Below are positions 13,889 through 29,037 of a stretch of 64,000 bases of DNA, piece after piece. The DNA is from Chrysomallon squamiferum (lineage: Eukaryota > Animalia > Mollusca). Under the pieces are notes generated by a model that was not told the origin of the DNA, made no database searches, and saw only the letters and a list, made by a program, of their open reading frames with translations. Numbering within the stretch: position 1 is the first letter of the stretch; every line of letters begins with the position of its first letter. The stretch spans positions 16,988,001-17,052,000 of the forward strand of contig CM022675.1 of the NCBI GenBank assembly GCA_012295275.1, in the 5' to 3' direction. A program made the translations under genes and the position numbers.

Positions 13889-14110
13889 AACAAATAAAAA
13901 TATTTACGATCTGATCACAAATCGCGCAACTTACCTTGGTCTTCCTACAATTGCGTAATACTCATTCAGGGCCTTTAAGTATTGACGAAGTTCTTCCGGA
14001 GTCCTGAATTCGTTAGGCCTGGTGGGTGGGGCCAACATGTCATCTTGACATGTGACTTCCAGAAGTACGAGTGATAAAATCAAAAATACCGCTATCACGA
14101 TTTTTTGCAT
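12655..14110 (-). CDS. NPF: Neuropeptide F / neuropeptide Y precursor (81 aa)
   Basis: Exons 14110-13935, 13396-13332 and 12659-12655 give MQKIVIAVFLILSLVLLEVTC|QDDMLAPPTRPNEFRTPEELRQYLKALNEYYAIVGRPRF|GR-SVHKRSVSENIFGSSDKNE*. It has a 21-aa signal peptide, a 39-aa mature GRPRF-amide and a Gly-Arg amidation/cleavage site. The phase-2 intron falls in the penultimate Arg codon, as is typical of NPY/NPF genes. The final 5-nt coding exon is the least certain part. Confidence 0.96.
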
Positions 14111-14401
14111 TTTGATTTCTTTTCTGTTGTTATTTACTGCAGAGAGAAAAAAATTAAAGAATAAATAATGATGTTTTTCTTATTGTTGTTTTATTGTTGT
14201 TTTAATGTTAATGATAACTTAGCATTTATTAGTAAGATTAGAAGTAGACCAGAGATATACCACTATGTATTTGAACATAAAACAATTTACACTTAATTAT
14301 TATTTCTACTGTTTTTATTACTGCAACAATTACAACAACTACCGTTAACACTAACAGTATTACAGCTGATACTGTTACCACCACTAATGCTAATGCTGCT
14401 G

Positions 14402-14449
<48 letters not shown>

Positions 14450-15432
14450 ATAATAATAATAATAATAATAATAATACAAATAAATCAACGTTAATTCAGT
14501 AGGTTTTTTACACAGAAATCTAGATTTTAGAAATATCGGGCATACTGTTAATAGTACCGCTTCAGAAAATAACAAAATATAAACATTGCTACTTAAGTTA
14601 CAGTCTTGGTATCAGAACACTCATAATTTACTAACAGAATTATCGAGAAGAAACATACTCTGTCTGAGTGCAATTTACAAACACAAACACTTAAATAAAT
14701 AAATTTGACCTACGACAAGACAGACCTTTGTGTCACAAAACTATGTGGCTGTTTTGACTGGACATAGGTAACAATTTCATTACGTTTCTATTTGAACGAA
14801 CAAACCCAATTAACAGTGGTAAATCAGAAACTTAATCCCAAATGTTCAACGCCAGGAGTCCCTGAATATGAACAATACTAAATTATCTTCTCGTTTAACA
14901 TTACAGTGTTTTTCAAATTAGTCAACGATTTAACAGCCAAATTATTTAATATATCTGTGCTTTAAAATAAGCGAACAGACTGAGATTTCTTTTATTAACA
15001 CACGCACACACACAATAATAATAATAATTACATTACACTGAAGTTTGAAATAAAGATGATTTTTAAAACTAATTTGGTTACTACTATTTTATTATTTGTT
15101 GTTGTTGTAATAGTAGGAGTAGTAGTAACAGTACTGCTAGTAGTACAGTTGTAAATAAATCAAAATAACAGCGTTCATTTGTGTTTAAACTCAGAACTGT
15201 TTCATTTCAACTTTCATACTGAGATGGTTAAATCTAACAATTAATAAGGAAAGTAACCATATTTTAAATTGAAAACAGTCGTACTTGAAATCAACTAAAA
15301 ACAACAAATACTACTACTACTACTAATAATGATAATAAGAAGAAGAAGAAGAAGAAGAAGAAGAAAAAAAGTAAAGAAAACCTTTTTAATTAATAAGTTT
15401 ATAGGGATACATATATTTACTTGTACACATAC

Positions 15433-15520
<88 letters not shown>

Positions 15521-16299
15521 ACTAAAGATCTCTACACAAAAATAAAGTATAAACAGAGATAATTTATTGATTGGCTTAACTAGGATGGGTGTTGTTTTTT
15601 TTCTTTCTTTCGTTCTTCTTCGTTATAAATCTGACATTCTTGGTATCAGATTAAAATAGAAGTTAATTAAAAAAAAAAACATTTCGCACTGCACTTGCTG
15701 TAACAGTTATATTAAATTTACAGTGTTCTTATCATTGCCTTCAGTTAAAACATTTGAACCGTTTCAGAAAACAGTCCTGAAATGTCGTTAATAATCCTCT
15801 CTTGATTAAAATCTTCTGTGCTAAAAGGAACGAATAGTCTTGGTTGCGGGATTGTTCGGAACTCATTACTGGTTATCGAAGCAGAAAGTGACGAATGCAC
15901 AATGTATTACCTTGTTTTCGCAGCAAGAACGTAGTGACGCAAACAGTGGATTTAGCACGGAACGATGGAAACAATTAGGCCTAAACCTTTCTAATTTCTG
16001 AAAATTTATTTTATTTTTATTTTATTTATTTATATATATTTTTACCGCATAAAAATAAAAAGTAAAATAAAATAAAATAAAATATTAAAAATATTATAAA
16101 TTGCAATTAATTTTTTTTTCTTTCTGCAGTTTTGTCGTATCCATATAATGTGAGTTCTACAACATAGGTTGTATTTATTAATAGAAATTTTAAACTTTTT
16201 TGTAACTTTTATTTTTAATTATTATTATTCTTTATTTATTTTTTATTTTATTTATTTTATTATTGTATCTGTCTGTTTATTTATTTATTTATTTATTTA

Positions 16300-16877
16300 T
16301 TTATTTTACTTTATTTTACTTTATTCTTTATTGTTTTTATTTATTTCTGTTTTTTATTTAAATTATTATTATTATTATTATTATTATTTCTCTCCGTATA
16401 AACTGTTATAACCAGTTACTTTTGTTTATAGCTCAGCATATCCTTTATATCCTCAATAAATTATTTGGCTATTTATTTCAATTCTATATAAGTATATCTG
16501 TATTGCAGTGACATTTTATTTATTTATATATACATAAAACTTGGTGGATGCATGCATGCCCGGCAGAAGTGATGTGTCTGAGGTAGATGTTTCACTGGTG
16601 AAACTAAATCTGAGGATATTGTTTGTACTAGCTTATGGACGCACAGTGAGTGAACATCTTACTTTATTTTACTTTATTTTACTTTATTCTTTATTGTTTT
16701 TATTTATTTCTGTTTTTTATTTAAATTATTATTATTATTATTATTATTATTATTTCTCTCCGTATAAACTGTTATAACCAGTTACTTTTGTTTATAGCTC
16801 AGCATATCCTTTATATCCTCAATAAATTATTTGGCTATTTATTTCAATTCTATATAAGTATATCTGTATTGCAGTGA
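16300..16877. repeat. Near-perfect ~212-bp direct duplication (16300-16511 / 16663-16877) around a ~150-bp unique spacer
   Basis: Both copies read tttattttactttattttactttattc...ctctccgtataaactgttataaccag...gtatatctgtattgcagtga and differ essentially by one TAT unit. Confidence 0.92.
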
Positions 16878-17918
16878 TTATCAGCTTGAAACGGTCTGAA
16901 GCTGCTGCACGGAGAGTATTCCTCACTTTTTATACCGTAAAGGAACTTTCAGAAAAGTAGCAATCTTCCGTGACATACGATATTTTATGTGATCTGTACC
17001 TGTTTCACACTGAACACGTTATACGTCCCAGTCACAGTAATTGTTGTAAACACTCATATACACACAGCAGTGTAGTGTTCAAAAAGAAAAGTCACAAGAT
17101 AATGTCATCTATTCAAATATTTTCTAATGTCAAACAGCTCGTACATTGATTTCAGTATAATGGAATAATTCAAAGCGGGACATAAAACTGCTTAGAGGAA
17201 AATTAATACATGGTTATCCTGTAAATTAATTTCCTTCTAAACTCATTAATATGATTCAATTTGCTCTTTCTTTAACAATAACAAAGTCTGTTTTGTGCTG
17301 AAAACCTTGTTAAAGTACACTGAGGACTACATATTAACACAACTACAACGACGACATTTATAACAATACAAAATATGTTAGCAGAACATTTTGAACGTTC
17401 TAATTAAAAATATAAAAGTGAAAATTTATGTTATATCCAAATATAAATGTAAAAATTTTCAACATCTTCATTACTATCATCATTATCTCATCATTAACAT
17501 TATTATTAGTAATAGTAGTAGTAGTAATAATTTTTTTTTCTAGGCAAGTTACAAACTTGTAAAGAGGAAATATGCGGGCTTCTTTTTTGGGAGGACGGGG
17601 TTTGGTTTTTGGTTTGTTTTGTTTTTTGGTTTTTTTAAACGAAAAGAAGACAAAATAACTACTTCCGGTTTATTTAAATGAAATTATTATTTATTATTAA
17701 CAAAAAGTTATTTTCATATCACTGAAGACGCATTTCTTTCACACACTTGAGTTACTATAAACTAGCCAAATCAAATTATTTTCAGATTATATTTGGACGA
17801 CTTAAGTTTCCATAGGCAGTTACATTACATTTACGGGACATTTCGAGTTCTTGCACTGTCTGGAATTTCCTAATCATGCAAAAGAAACAATATTGATAAT
17901 AACTTTATAGTCAGATAG

Positions 17919-18022
<104 letters not shown>

Positions 18023-20599
18023 GAACATCCTATCATTTCTTTAATTAATTATTTAACATATTAAAAGCATTTAGTTTTACATGCATATATCTTTGTATTT
18101 GTATATGCTTTAGCGAAATAAATAAATAAAAATTCTAATAGAATGATAATCTTGTATTAAATTTCCATAGGGTATAATACATAAATTTAGAGTATTCCAA
18201 GCTGTTAATCGCCATTTCCAGGTGACAAATTTGCATAAAAATAGTTGCCATCTTTCCTGGGAACAATAACAATGAGCAAAATGAACTCTCTAGCCCGAAG
18301 TACGTCATCTTAACTTGGCAGTCTGAATGGTTGGTGCCTTAGGACGAAGACATCCCCGCTGGCCACTTTAATACAACAACTAATCAAATCATTTCCTCGA
18401 GGGCACGACTTACCTCTTCATGCAGCGCTCTTCCGTTTGAGAAGTCATTTTTAAAAAGGTCATTGATACACTTGTAATTAATTTATATAGCGCTGTGTTT
18501 CTTTTTAAAATGCTTCAAGAGCTTGTCTCGCAACATTCAACTAATATACGTCTCTTTTCTTTGATTTAGTAAAACCACGTGGGTGATAATGTGACGTCGT
18601 TCTCAGCTACGCCGTTGTTTTGAAAGGATAATTATGTGGTAATGGAGAAAAAAGCCTATTTCGTACTCATGACAGCTCAGTCTAGGACAGTCTGTCTGGT
18701 TATGTCAATGAACGTGATCACGACCGGCATTCCTGAATAGTTCTTAAAAGCATTCTAAAAATACTCCTACCCTGTCTACCTCTGACGTTATGGTAAAGTC
18801 AAAACAGTTTCTTTGAAGTTACAATTACCCAAACCTAGAATCACCCATTACGACTTACTCTCTACAGCATTTTATTACAGTCAGATTGTAACCACAACAA
18901 ACATTTTTAAAAATATTTATTTCATTCAAGCTTATAAAAAAGTAGGGCAAAAGTTTCTGACAATGTGAGCCTGTGCCAATGTAGGTGAACTTCTATCAAG
19001 GGAACTTTTAGAAAACGATTTGTCATCAATAACAAGAAGTCGTTTATTATACTTATTTTTAAAGATTTTGAATTCATTCGTTTGAATAATGTTAAATCAG
19101 ATTTACCTTACTGTAACGGGTTTCCTCTTGAGACTTTCTCCGAAACAACAACACGGAAAGTGTTATTTTTAACAATTTGTTTCCTGTGTAACAAGCCGCG
19201 ATGTAACAGAAGCTATATAAAGGCTGTCCACATTGACCACTTAGATAAGTTTTTATTTGTGTTTTAAAAAGTCTATTTTACAAACGGACGTGCGATAATT
19301 CTGGGACAAACGGTAAACCGGTGTGTGTTAGGCTGCAGAACCAGTCGTTCTCTTTTCTTCTTTTTACATTTGGTATCCCAAACTGGTTCAGCAAAAGCTA
19401 TGGAAAGTTTTTACTACTTTCAAAAAGTCTAAATGAAACACTTTTGAAATAACGACATTAGTAAGTAGGTAAGTAAGTATACGTACAATTCCGACATGCC
19501 GCGATCCTTGACTTCAAATTATTATTTAAATAGCCTCAGTGTAACAACAGTGATAATACACAAATACAAGAAATAGCAACAACAATAAAGATTTCTTGCT
19601 TTTTCAATTTCGTATATTAGTTTTCAATATCAGTCATAAAAATGTAAAATTTAATAAGTGATCATTTCTGTTTTTAGCACACATACACACACACATTATT
19701 TTTGAGAGTTATCAAAATGAAATGTTTGTTTAGACAAACTGTGATTTAAAAAACTGAAATAGATTTTATTTTATTTTGCTTTAGACTTATAATCTTCTGC
19801 TTTTTAAAATTTCTGACCGATATCTTCAGGGTTCGTATCTCGTAGAACCTTCTGGAGTTAAGTGTACAGAGTTGATCTCAGCTCCAACTCTCTAATTAAT
19901 TCTCTAACTCTGTCACTGCTTTTGGAAGACAACCCAGAACTTGGAATATATGACTTGATGGTTGCTAACTGATTTTTTAAAATGAAAAATTGCTTTCCTT
20001 CTTTAAACATTTTAATCTAATATAACTGTTGGCGAGTTTTGTGCGTACAAGTGGATGTACGTAAGTACATAAATGCATACATACTTTAAAAATATATACT
20101 TACGTACGTACATACATACATATATACATAGATGCTTACATATACCCATACATACTTATATATACATACAGACATAATAAACCTGCGCAGTCTGTTATTA
20201 CTATAATGTAAAAATATCACATAATAACTCTAAACATAAAAGTACTGAGGTTTTGATAAATAAATTTCATTTATGTATTGTTATATTTGTAATACAGTAT
20301 GCTGAACTATTTTCCAAAATATCTAATTAAAAAGATAAGGAAAATATTACGATTGACGTAATTTAAAATAATATCTAATAACCATAATAAACTCATTTTT
20401 ATAAACAACCTTTTTGTTATGGATTTTATTTATTTATTTTATTGTTTACTTATCTCATTTTATATCATTTAGGTAGTTAGTTAGCTATTGTTTATTTGTT
20501 TTATTTTTATATATATTTTTTTTTCGAGAAGTATTAGGGATGTTGTGTTAATATTGTTTATTTATTTTTTGTTTTGATCGTGTTGTATATCTGTGAGTG

Positions 20600-20855
20600 T
20601 TCTTTCATTAGATTTCAAACACAGGGTTTGTATAACGACAGGCAGCTATTTTCTCGTGATCACTATGAGCAGCAAGGAATCTTTTACTGGCGCATCCCCT
20701 CAGGCAATAAAGCTAATAACCAATGTCTGACAAAACTGAGTATTACTGAGTATTACTGAGTATTACTGGAATGGCAAAAAGCAGGAGTGAACGTGGACGG
20801 AGATTGACAATACATTTTCTATACCTCATGAATTGTCTGAACTACATCCCTCTCC
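20600..20855 (-). mobile_element. Degenerate tRNA-derived SINE-like remnant
   Basis: The motif agcagcaaggaatctttta (~20669) is the reverse complement of a motif resembling cccttgctgctaatc at ~30473, and the segment ends in ctgaactacatccctctcc. It resembles gastropod core-SINEs as I recall them; this was not verified by search. Confidence 0.4.
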
Positions 20856-23800
20856 TGTACTTGATTTTATCTGACAGTTTTTATGAGTAGAACACTAGTT
20901 TAATTCTCTACGATGAATGAGAAGTCACTTCTGTTTATAACACTACAGCAAAGTTTGAATTTCTTATGATGTGTCACGTCCACGTGGAGTCCCCGCTGGA
21001 TCTGACGTCAACTGCTGTAAAACGTTTATCATTGATCACGCAGAAATATTCACAAAATAATAAAAGCTAATCGTCCTCTCAGGTTGCATTAAACTAATTC
21101 AATTTGCAAATGAATTATGGCCACTCCTAATTAAAGGTTTATCGTCAGAAACAATATCAGGTGAAGATCGTGTGAAAGAATCAATAAATGCGTGTACGAA
21201 GTGGGACACTGGAATATTCAAAACGCATCACACCGGTTATCATTGCTTGACATGATTTTTTTAAATGTTTATAGTGGAAGAGAAAGTGCACTCGTTCCAA
21301 ACCATTGGCCCAATTCTACGTATTCGGCAGACATTAACAAACTTTATCCTTTATTTAGTTTTCCTGTATGTTTTATGTTTATTTGTTGTTATTGTTTTGT
21401 TTGTTCGTTTGTTTGTTTTGCTGTTGTTTGTTTTGTTGTTTTTTGTTTTTGTTTTTGTTTTATTTCTTTCTTGTTTTTTTGTGTTTTTTTGTGTTTTTTT
21501 TTGTGCGGGGTTGTTTTCTAGTGGTTTGTTTGCTTGTTTGATTTTATTTATTTTTAGGGGGTTGTTTGTTGTTATTTTTTTTCTTCAGTTTTTGTCGGGT
21601 ATTTAATTTTGTTGTTGACGTTGGTGGTGGTGCTTTGTTTTGTTTTATTTATTTATATATTTATTTATTCATTCATTCATTCATTTACTTATTCATTGTA
21701 CATTCAATATCTTACTAAAGCTTTATAAGTGTGACTACTTTTCTAAGGAAAGTAGCATATTAAACACACTTTGTTTTCATTTAGTGGCATCTCATATCCT
21801 CACTACCTATATATTACTTAACTATAGTTATAGTTATATAACGCTACATAACCTTAGATTAAAAAACTTTGTGAAATGTTTGCAGATCAAATAGCAGTGT
21901 AACTGGACATATTTAAATAAGTAACTAATAGATGTCTCTGGAAGTCAGGATACTTGGTATATTTACCAAATCTGTAAAGACATTGCTAGGTGATTTTAAT
22001 ACTTAGATAACTTGTCACATTACACTCTAACAATTTTGACAATAACTGTGTTTTATTTGTTAACCTCGAACTGCTGCTGTCATTGTCATAGTTAAATCCA
22101 GTTTGAATTTATCACCACTAAGAGATTTAACTATCCCCTCTAATTTAGTCAGACAAAGACAGAATGGGGCATTTAGAGCTGGTCCGCGATTCCAAAACTG
22201 CAGTGTTATAACTGCGATACACATTGCATTGTTCTCCTTCAATTCAAAATAATATAATTATGAGGTCGTTTTTTTTTTGTTTTTAATTTATTTAATTTTT
22301 ACTTACTTATTTATTTATTTATTTTATTATTATTAATTTTTTAGTTTTAACCAGGCGTTAAAATGCTTTTTTTTAGAAAGTGTATTTATAATTATAACTT
22401 ATCTTTTGATTACACAATTTCAGAGTATAGAAAAATCTTTTTTTCTTTTTAAAAAAAACAACAAAAAAACTACAACAAACAAACAAAAGTTTTGGTTCTA
22501 AGATAGCTGTATCTTTCAGATAATAGAATCAATGAATCATTCGCATCATGTTTGTTCTACCAGACAGGGATTAGTTACAATGGGAAATAATGCAATGTCG
22601 TCGATTATATCTTCCTAATATTTCGATAGACAGAGTAAGTACCACTGAAATATGTCTCATAGGTGTTATTGTTAGACTAATGATTTTTAATTCAGAGTCT
22701 GTTGATAATCAGTTCTGTTAATCATGTTTGTTAGTAACCAGTACTATCAGTTTAAAAAATAATAATAATAAAATAAATTTTTCCCACCTCTGGTCTGAGG
22801 CGAAACGTCAGTGAGTCGGTGACAAATATTACAAGTTAGAAGATTTAAAAATAACATTTTAACTTAAATTATCACTTTCGGTATTCCAACAAATCGGCGT
22901 GATTTTCGCTCATCGTACGGTAAACGGAAATCGCGAAATAATTATTGACATGCAGGCAAGAAAGATATTTTACATCAGCTCAGCAGAATTAAACAAAGAA
23001 CGTTTGGAATTACGTTTCATTGCACGAAAAGACAAAACTTCTTAAATTCTTGAAAAGTAATCGTTGAAATTAATGTTCTGCTTGCATGAGAATAGTAACA
23101 TGAAATAAATATCTAATACTACGTCAGATATGAGCTTTTAGACGAATATTCAGTTACATTTACAATAAAGAAAGAGAAAAAAGAAGGAAGACGCTTATTT
23201 CTGTTGGCTTTGATAAAATGATTAAAATCTTTTACGCAGATACTTTTCTGGTCAAAGTTATCGCATGGCTTTGTGGTATGATCATTCCACTGTTTTCTGA
23301 TATATAAAAAAAAATCAAGACACTTGATGTCAGTTTATCAAACCAACTATTAAATGTAACACGACAAATGTGCTCACAGAAAGGGTGAAAGAAGAATCAA
23401 AAGAATAAAATGTTCAATGTAATTTTAAAAGTTATTATTACTACTATACTTGTAGCTGTAGTAGTAACAGTAATAGCTGTAGTGGCAGTAGTAGTAGTAG
23501 CAGTAACAGTAGTATTAGATATAACAGCAGTAGTAGAAGCAGTAGTAGAAGCAGTAATAGCAGTAGCAGTACCAGTACTAGCAGTAACAGTAATAGTAGA
23601 TATAACAGCAATAGTAGAAGCAGTGGTAGATAATTTAAACTAATATTATACTAATTAATTCATTACCTATTAAACTCCAAGAATACATGTTACAAACCTA
23701 TATAACTCAATCTCTTAAAGCTACTTAAAATTCAAATTAACCTGACTTATTTAACAGCTTCTGTGTTTATCAGTATGATACCAATTTAACGTCTAATTTT

Positions 23801-24501
23801 AATAAAGTGTTAATATAAATACATATTAATCTATACAATAATTATCCTAATACAAGATTTAGTTGAAAGTCTTGATTAGTTAATTAACATTTACTAAATT
23901 TTGAATACACTTATTAATAATTTATATACGCAGTATATTACACTCCTTGTGTACGCTTTAAAACTGTTAAATAATCGTCTCATCTTAAAAACTCAATATT
24001 TATTAAAGTTCCAAATATTAATTAAGCTAATTAAATTTCTGATATGCCAGTTAAACACCCACTACAATGATAAACTTTTATTAAATTATTGAATAAAAGA
24101 TTTATTAAATTTGTCTATTAAAACAGTATTTACGATTTTCTTAAACTTCTTTTGCCGATTTTAAAAAAGTATTTATAAACACTTATTAAACCATAATAAT
24201 TAAAACTATTCCAAATTGCATAATTATTAACACAGAATGAACTCGTACTTATACTAATTATGATAATATTATTAAACCGTAACTGCATATAGAAACACAC
24301 TGTTTAGAAACTTCTACTACACTAATTAAAAACTACAACTCTATAAACACAACATTCAGTTTCTAATTACAACAGTATTATTAACTCTAAGTGTATATTT
24401 AGAAACATAGAACTTATAAACTGTTAGTAAACTAATTAACATACTACATATTAAACATCATTATGCTAAAACTCTTTTTAGTTTCAAATCATGCGACTTA
24501 C

Positions 24502-24714
24502 CTGTAACTTAACGGCACCTTCTCCAAGTCACGCAGTGAACAAGTCTAAGGCCGTTTCCTGGCATTGGTCGTTTAAATATTGAGCCTCAGCCAGCGCCTG
24601 TCAACGGCAGACGCGTTTCAATTTCCAAGAACTGTTGCTGACGAAATACCAATATCTTTCCTACACGCATTTGACGCATTCGGAAAGACTTAGGTATTGT
24701 CTCCCTCTGATTGG
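24502..24714 (-). promoter_or_regulatory. Candidate core promoter and short non-coding first exon, probably of NPF
   Basis: On the minus strand: CCAAT (24714-24710), TATTTAAA (24579-24572), an Inr-like TTAGAC ~32 nt downstream (~24547), then a consensus donor CAG|GTAAGT at 24502/24501. The NPF ATG exon begins with an acceptor at 14136, so it needs an upstream exon. Confidence 0.5.
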
Positions 24715-26667
24715 CTCGGTGAGGGGCCATAGAAACCGGGGGCAGCGGAGTTCTTCGATACTTGACGAAAACAACGAGCTGCTATAAATGTGACAAAACC
24801 AGAACAAGGGGCAACGGCTGAAAATGGTTACTTTGATATCGAAGAGGTACATCCAACGGGCAAATTATCTTTCGTGATGTAATTGTTAATACTGTTGTTA
24901 TTGTGTAACTTTTTAACTAAGTTTCTCTTCCACCAAGTCCTATTATTTCTTCTTTAATTGTATTTTTCTCATTTTCGTCTTCTCCTTCATAACAATTTGG
25001 CTGATACGTAAGATTCCAAATAACGTTACGGTCCATGATAATTTTATTTGTCATATTCTGGTGTAAAGACTGAAATGAAATTTTTCAACTGGAAATGAAG
25101 TTTAGAAACAGTTTGTTTGTGATTAACAAGATTTTGATGAAGAATATTCAGGAAGAGCTGCTCGCCTCACCCCCGATAACGTTTTATAAACATTACACAT
25201 CTCTCAGTCAATTCATTGTCATTTAAAATACGTGAAAATTGTAAAACAATATATACGCTTCAATAAAATTCATATCTAATCGCGCACGCGTATATACACA
25301 CATTATACACTCACAGACTTACATATATAAATTTTTAAATGCATATACGTACATACATATATACTTGTAAAAACCATACTTCTCACACAGACAGTTAGAT
25401 ATATAGACGTAGAGAGACATTCGCAAACAAAATGTACAATCACAGAGAAAATGACATACATGCATACTTACTAAGACATATGCACACACATATATACATA
25501 CATACATGTATGAATTCTCGTGTGTGCATGCATACTCACATATTCATACGATACTATATAGACAGACAGACAGTCAGACAGACAGACAGGTATCAGATAC
25601 ACAGAGATTCTTCAGATAACAATTTTCCGTTTGTTCTTGATAAGATATTTGTTTACGTACATGAACGTTTATCTGAACTCTATCTGATTATACTAGTGCA
25701 AACTGGATGTGAGGAGATGTTAGTTTGAAGTTTGCTATAGTAATAGTTATTGCTGTAGTAATTGTAGTAGAGTAGAAGTGGTGGTAGTAATGATAGTAAT
25801 AGTACATTAGTAGCTGTTGCTTTTGTTGCTGTAGTGGTAGCAGTAGTAGTAGTTGTTGTTGTACAGTAGCAGTGGTAGTAGTAGTAGCAACAGCAGGAGG
25901 CGGACGGGAACAAAATAAAGAAAAATAATGAATAAAAGAATAAAAAAAAAAATGGAAAAATGAACGAAAACTAAAAACTAAAGGAAGACTGAAAAAACAA
26001 AAGTTGGAAGGAAAAAGTTACGGCGTAAAAAACAAAAAAAAAATATTACTTAAAGTGAAAAATTCTAATAACGATTTCTTTTTATCAAGTGACAAGTTCT
26101 AAATTTCGGTTAAAAAGTGATAAATTAAAAATGCAGAAAAGAAAACATAATCAAGAAATAATAAAGAAAAAAAAGAAAATTAAAAAGAAAAAGAAAGAAA
26201 AAAGAAAAAGAAAATTCTTTTAAAAAAATACACTAAGAGAGAAGAGACAAAAATGTCTGCTTTATTCAATAACGAACTGACGTATCTTTTTCATAACAAA
26301 CAATACCTCTTCCTTTTTAAGTAAAACAGTTATCTTTTCTCTTTTGTTTTCTTTCTTTGTTTCTTTTTTTTTTTTTTTTCTTTTGTTCATGCACAGACCT
26401 AAACACAGACAAATGTGACAGAAAGTGTTTTAAATTATAAGAATTCCCAACATTTTAAATAAATCTGCCGTTCAACAAAAATGTGTTATTTTTTTTTATT
26501 TGCTGCATGATGATTATTTTGATGTTGACGGTATTTGGCATATCAAATGAGAGTACATGTATATGTATGCGTTTATATATGTTTGCATATGTATAGGCTT
26601 CTTTTTTTTTCAATATATGTATAGGTTTATGTACGTATGCGCTTATGTATTATACATGTGTGCTTTT

Positions 26668-26727
<60 letters not shown>

Positions 26728-28048
26728 GTATGCAAGTGCGTGTATGTGACTGTGTTGTGTGTGTGTTTGTATATAATTAGTTAATGAGTTTAAGAAATGG
26801 ATTTATGAGAATTTAAAATGGAGTGCGGTTCATTACAACGATATCACGTAAATTAATACATACAGATATTTATAGTTACAAGCCCACGTAGAAACGTTTC
26901 CACATCCATAAATGTACTTCTAATACAGAGCGGATGATCTTAGAAAACAATAAATAGTTTTGTTACATTCGACGTCATGGTTGGAGGGGGAGATGACGTT
27001 TACCCTGACTGTGTTTCCCCGGCACATGTCGTTAGTAGCGATGTCATTGCATTTTAAACAAACATCAGTCAAACTTGTTGGTATGGCTTGCTAAACTGAC
27101 CAACACCTCATCCGAAATAGGTCACTTTCACAGAACTGCCCGTTTCTGTGTTGAAATCATTTTTTTTTTTTTTTTTTTTTTTTTTTATATTAAGTGTACG
27201 GTAAAGAATAAAATCAGTGTTCAAGTTGAAACACTAATATGACACTAAAATCTTTATTCTTTTTTTTTTTAAATCTACAATTCAAATTATATATCGAAAT
27301 ATTTGCCATTATGACGAAATTTTTGAAATTTAAATTAATAATAATAAATTTAAAAAAAAAAAAAAAGGTTATAATCTCTACGTAATTTTAAAATAATTCT
27401 TAAATAATATCAGTAACATGATTAATCAGCCTACGAGATCTACCCGCCCCCGCCTTGTTTCACACACGCATACTCTTCCCAACGTCAGACTTCTGCGTCT
27501 GCGGAATCAATCAAAACTGTCGAAACAAACGAAGACTGGAACATGTACACACTGTAAAAGATTATTTTATTGGTTTAACACATTTGTGTAAGCTATCGTC
27601 CTCTGTCTGTCAAGTTTTCTGTGGATTTATAGTAAAAGTAAAAATGGCTCAAAGTTGACACTACTGCCACACTGGGATCCATCTCACGTGGAGGATTAAT
27701 TCATTATCCAGGTTTTGCTAATCTGTTGCTAACTGGAATGGAATTATCGTTTCATAGTTTCTAGATAATAATATGAATCATTATTTACATTACTAATATA
27801 CGAGTTTAATTTGTAATGAAAAAAATAATGTAATTTGTTTAGTTGTTTATTTTTCTAATTTGAAAACGTATTTAAAGATTAATATTAGGTTGATATGCTT
27901 AAATATATAATAAAACTCAAATTTTAAATTTTAAAAATAAAAGTAAGAAAAACCATTAATTGGAACTTACTATGAATTAATAACAATGCTTATAAAAGGA
28001 ATCAAAAACCAAAATGTTAACTATTTACAAATGTTATTTAGTTACGTA

Positions 28049-28079
<31 letters not shown>

Positions 28080-29005
28080 GAGTTAAAATTGACAGAAAAA
28101 CAAAGATAAGGTTCAATTGCTTTTAGAAGATATATGAGTAAAGCAACTAAATTTGATCATTATTATTCAAAACTAAAGTTAATTTTTTTTCGAGAGAGTA
28201 AATATAAAAACAAATTAGTTGTCTCAGTCGCTGTAGTTTGTTTCATTCTTTGTTACTGAAGCTTTTCTGCCAGAATACTCAGACATGTCAATGGCCTTAA
28301 TGTTACAATTAGTCTGTTTTCAATGGAGTAGCTCTAATCTAGTGAGCCTATTTATTTATATTCGTCATTCGTAATTAAAATAAAAATAAAAATTATATTT
28401 TTATTACAATTATTATTTTTATTTTTAAACTGTATTTTCTTTCTTTGTTAATTTTATTTATTTATTTATTTATCTATCTATCTATTTATTTTTTTTATTA
28501 TTATTATTTTTTTTTTAATTATTATTATTATTTAATACATGTTTACGTCAGTGTAGCATATAAGAAAATCTATATTATTATTTCAGGTTTTAAAGACGTA
28601 TAACTTTCGTTAAATGAGATTGGGTCGCCGAATGGGCGACTCCTGGGACACATTCAAACCCAATTGGCCTGTCTTGGAATTGTGGTCATAACTTTAATAA
28701 CGAAGTGTCTAGGCGCTGAAATACCGTGCACCAATTTCCGGTGGACAGACTAAAAGCTATTTGCATAACGTTAACACGCAGGTCAGAATACTGCTGGAAA
28801 AATATAACGTCAGAAATACTTTGCAAGTGATAATTCCACTACAGTCAAACTGAAATATTTAGAGAAATAACAGTTTTGTTTATATCTGTACTGCCGTCTG
28901 TCTGTGGTCTGTGTTTATAATATTGTAGGTTTTAGGAACGTATCTGTTTATTTCTAAAGTATATGCATGTTTAATATAAAAGTTTTACAAATAAATAAGT
29001 AAAAT

Positions 29006-29037
<32 letters not shown>

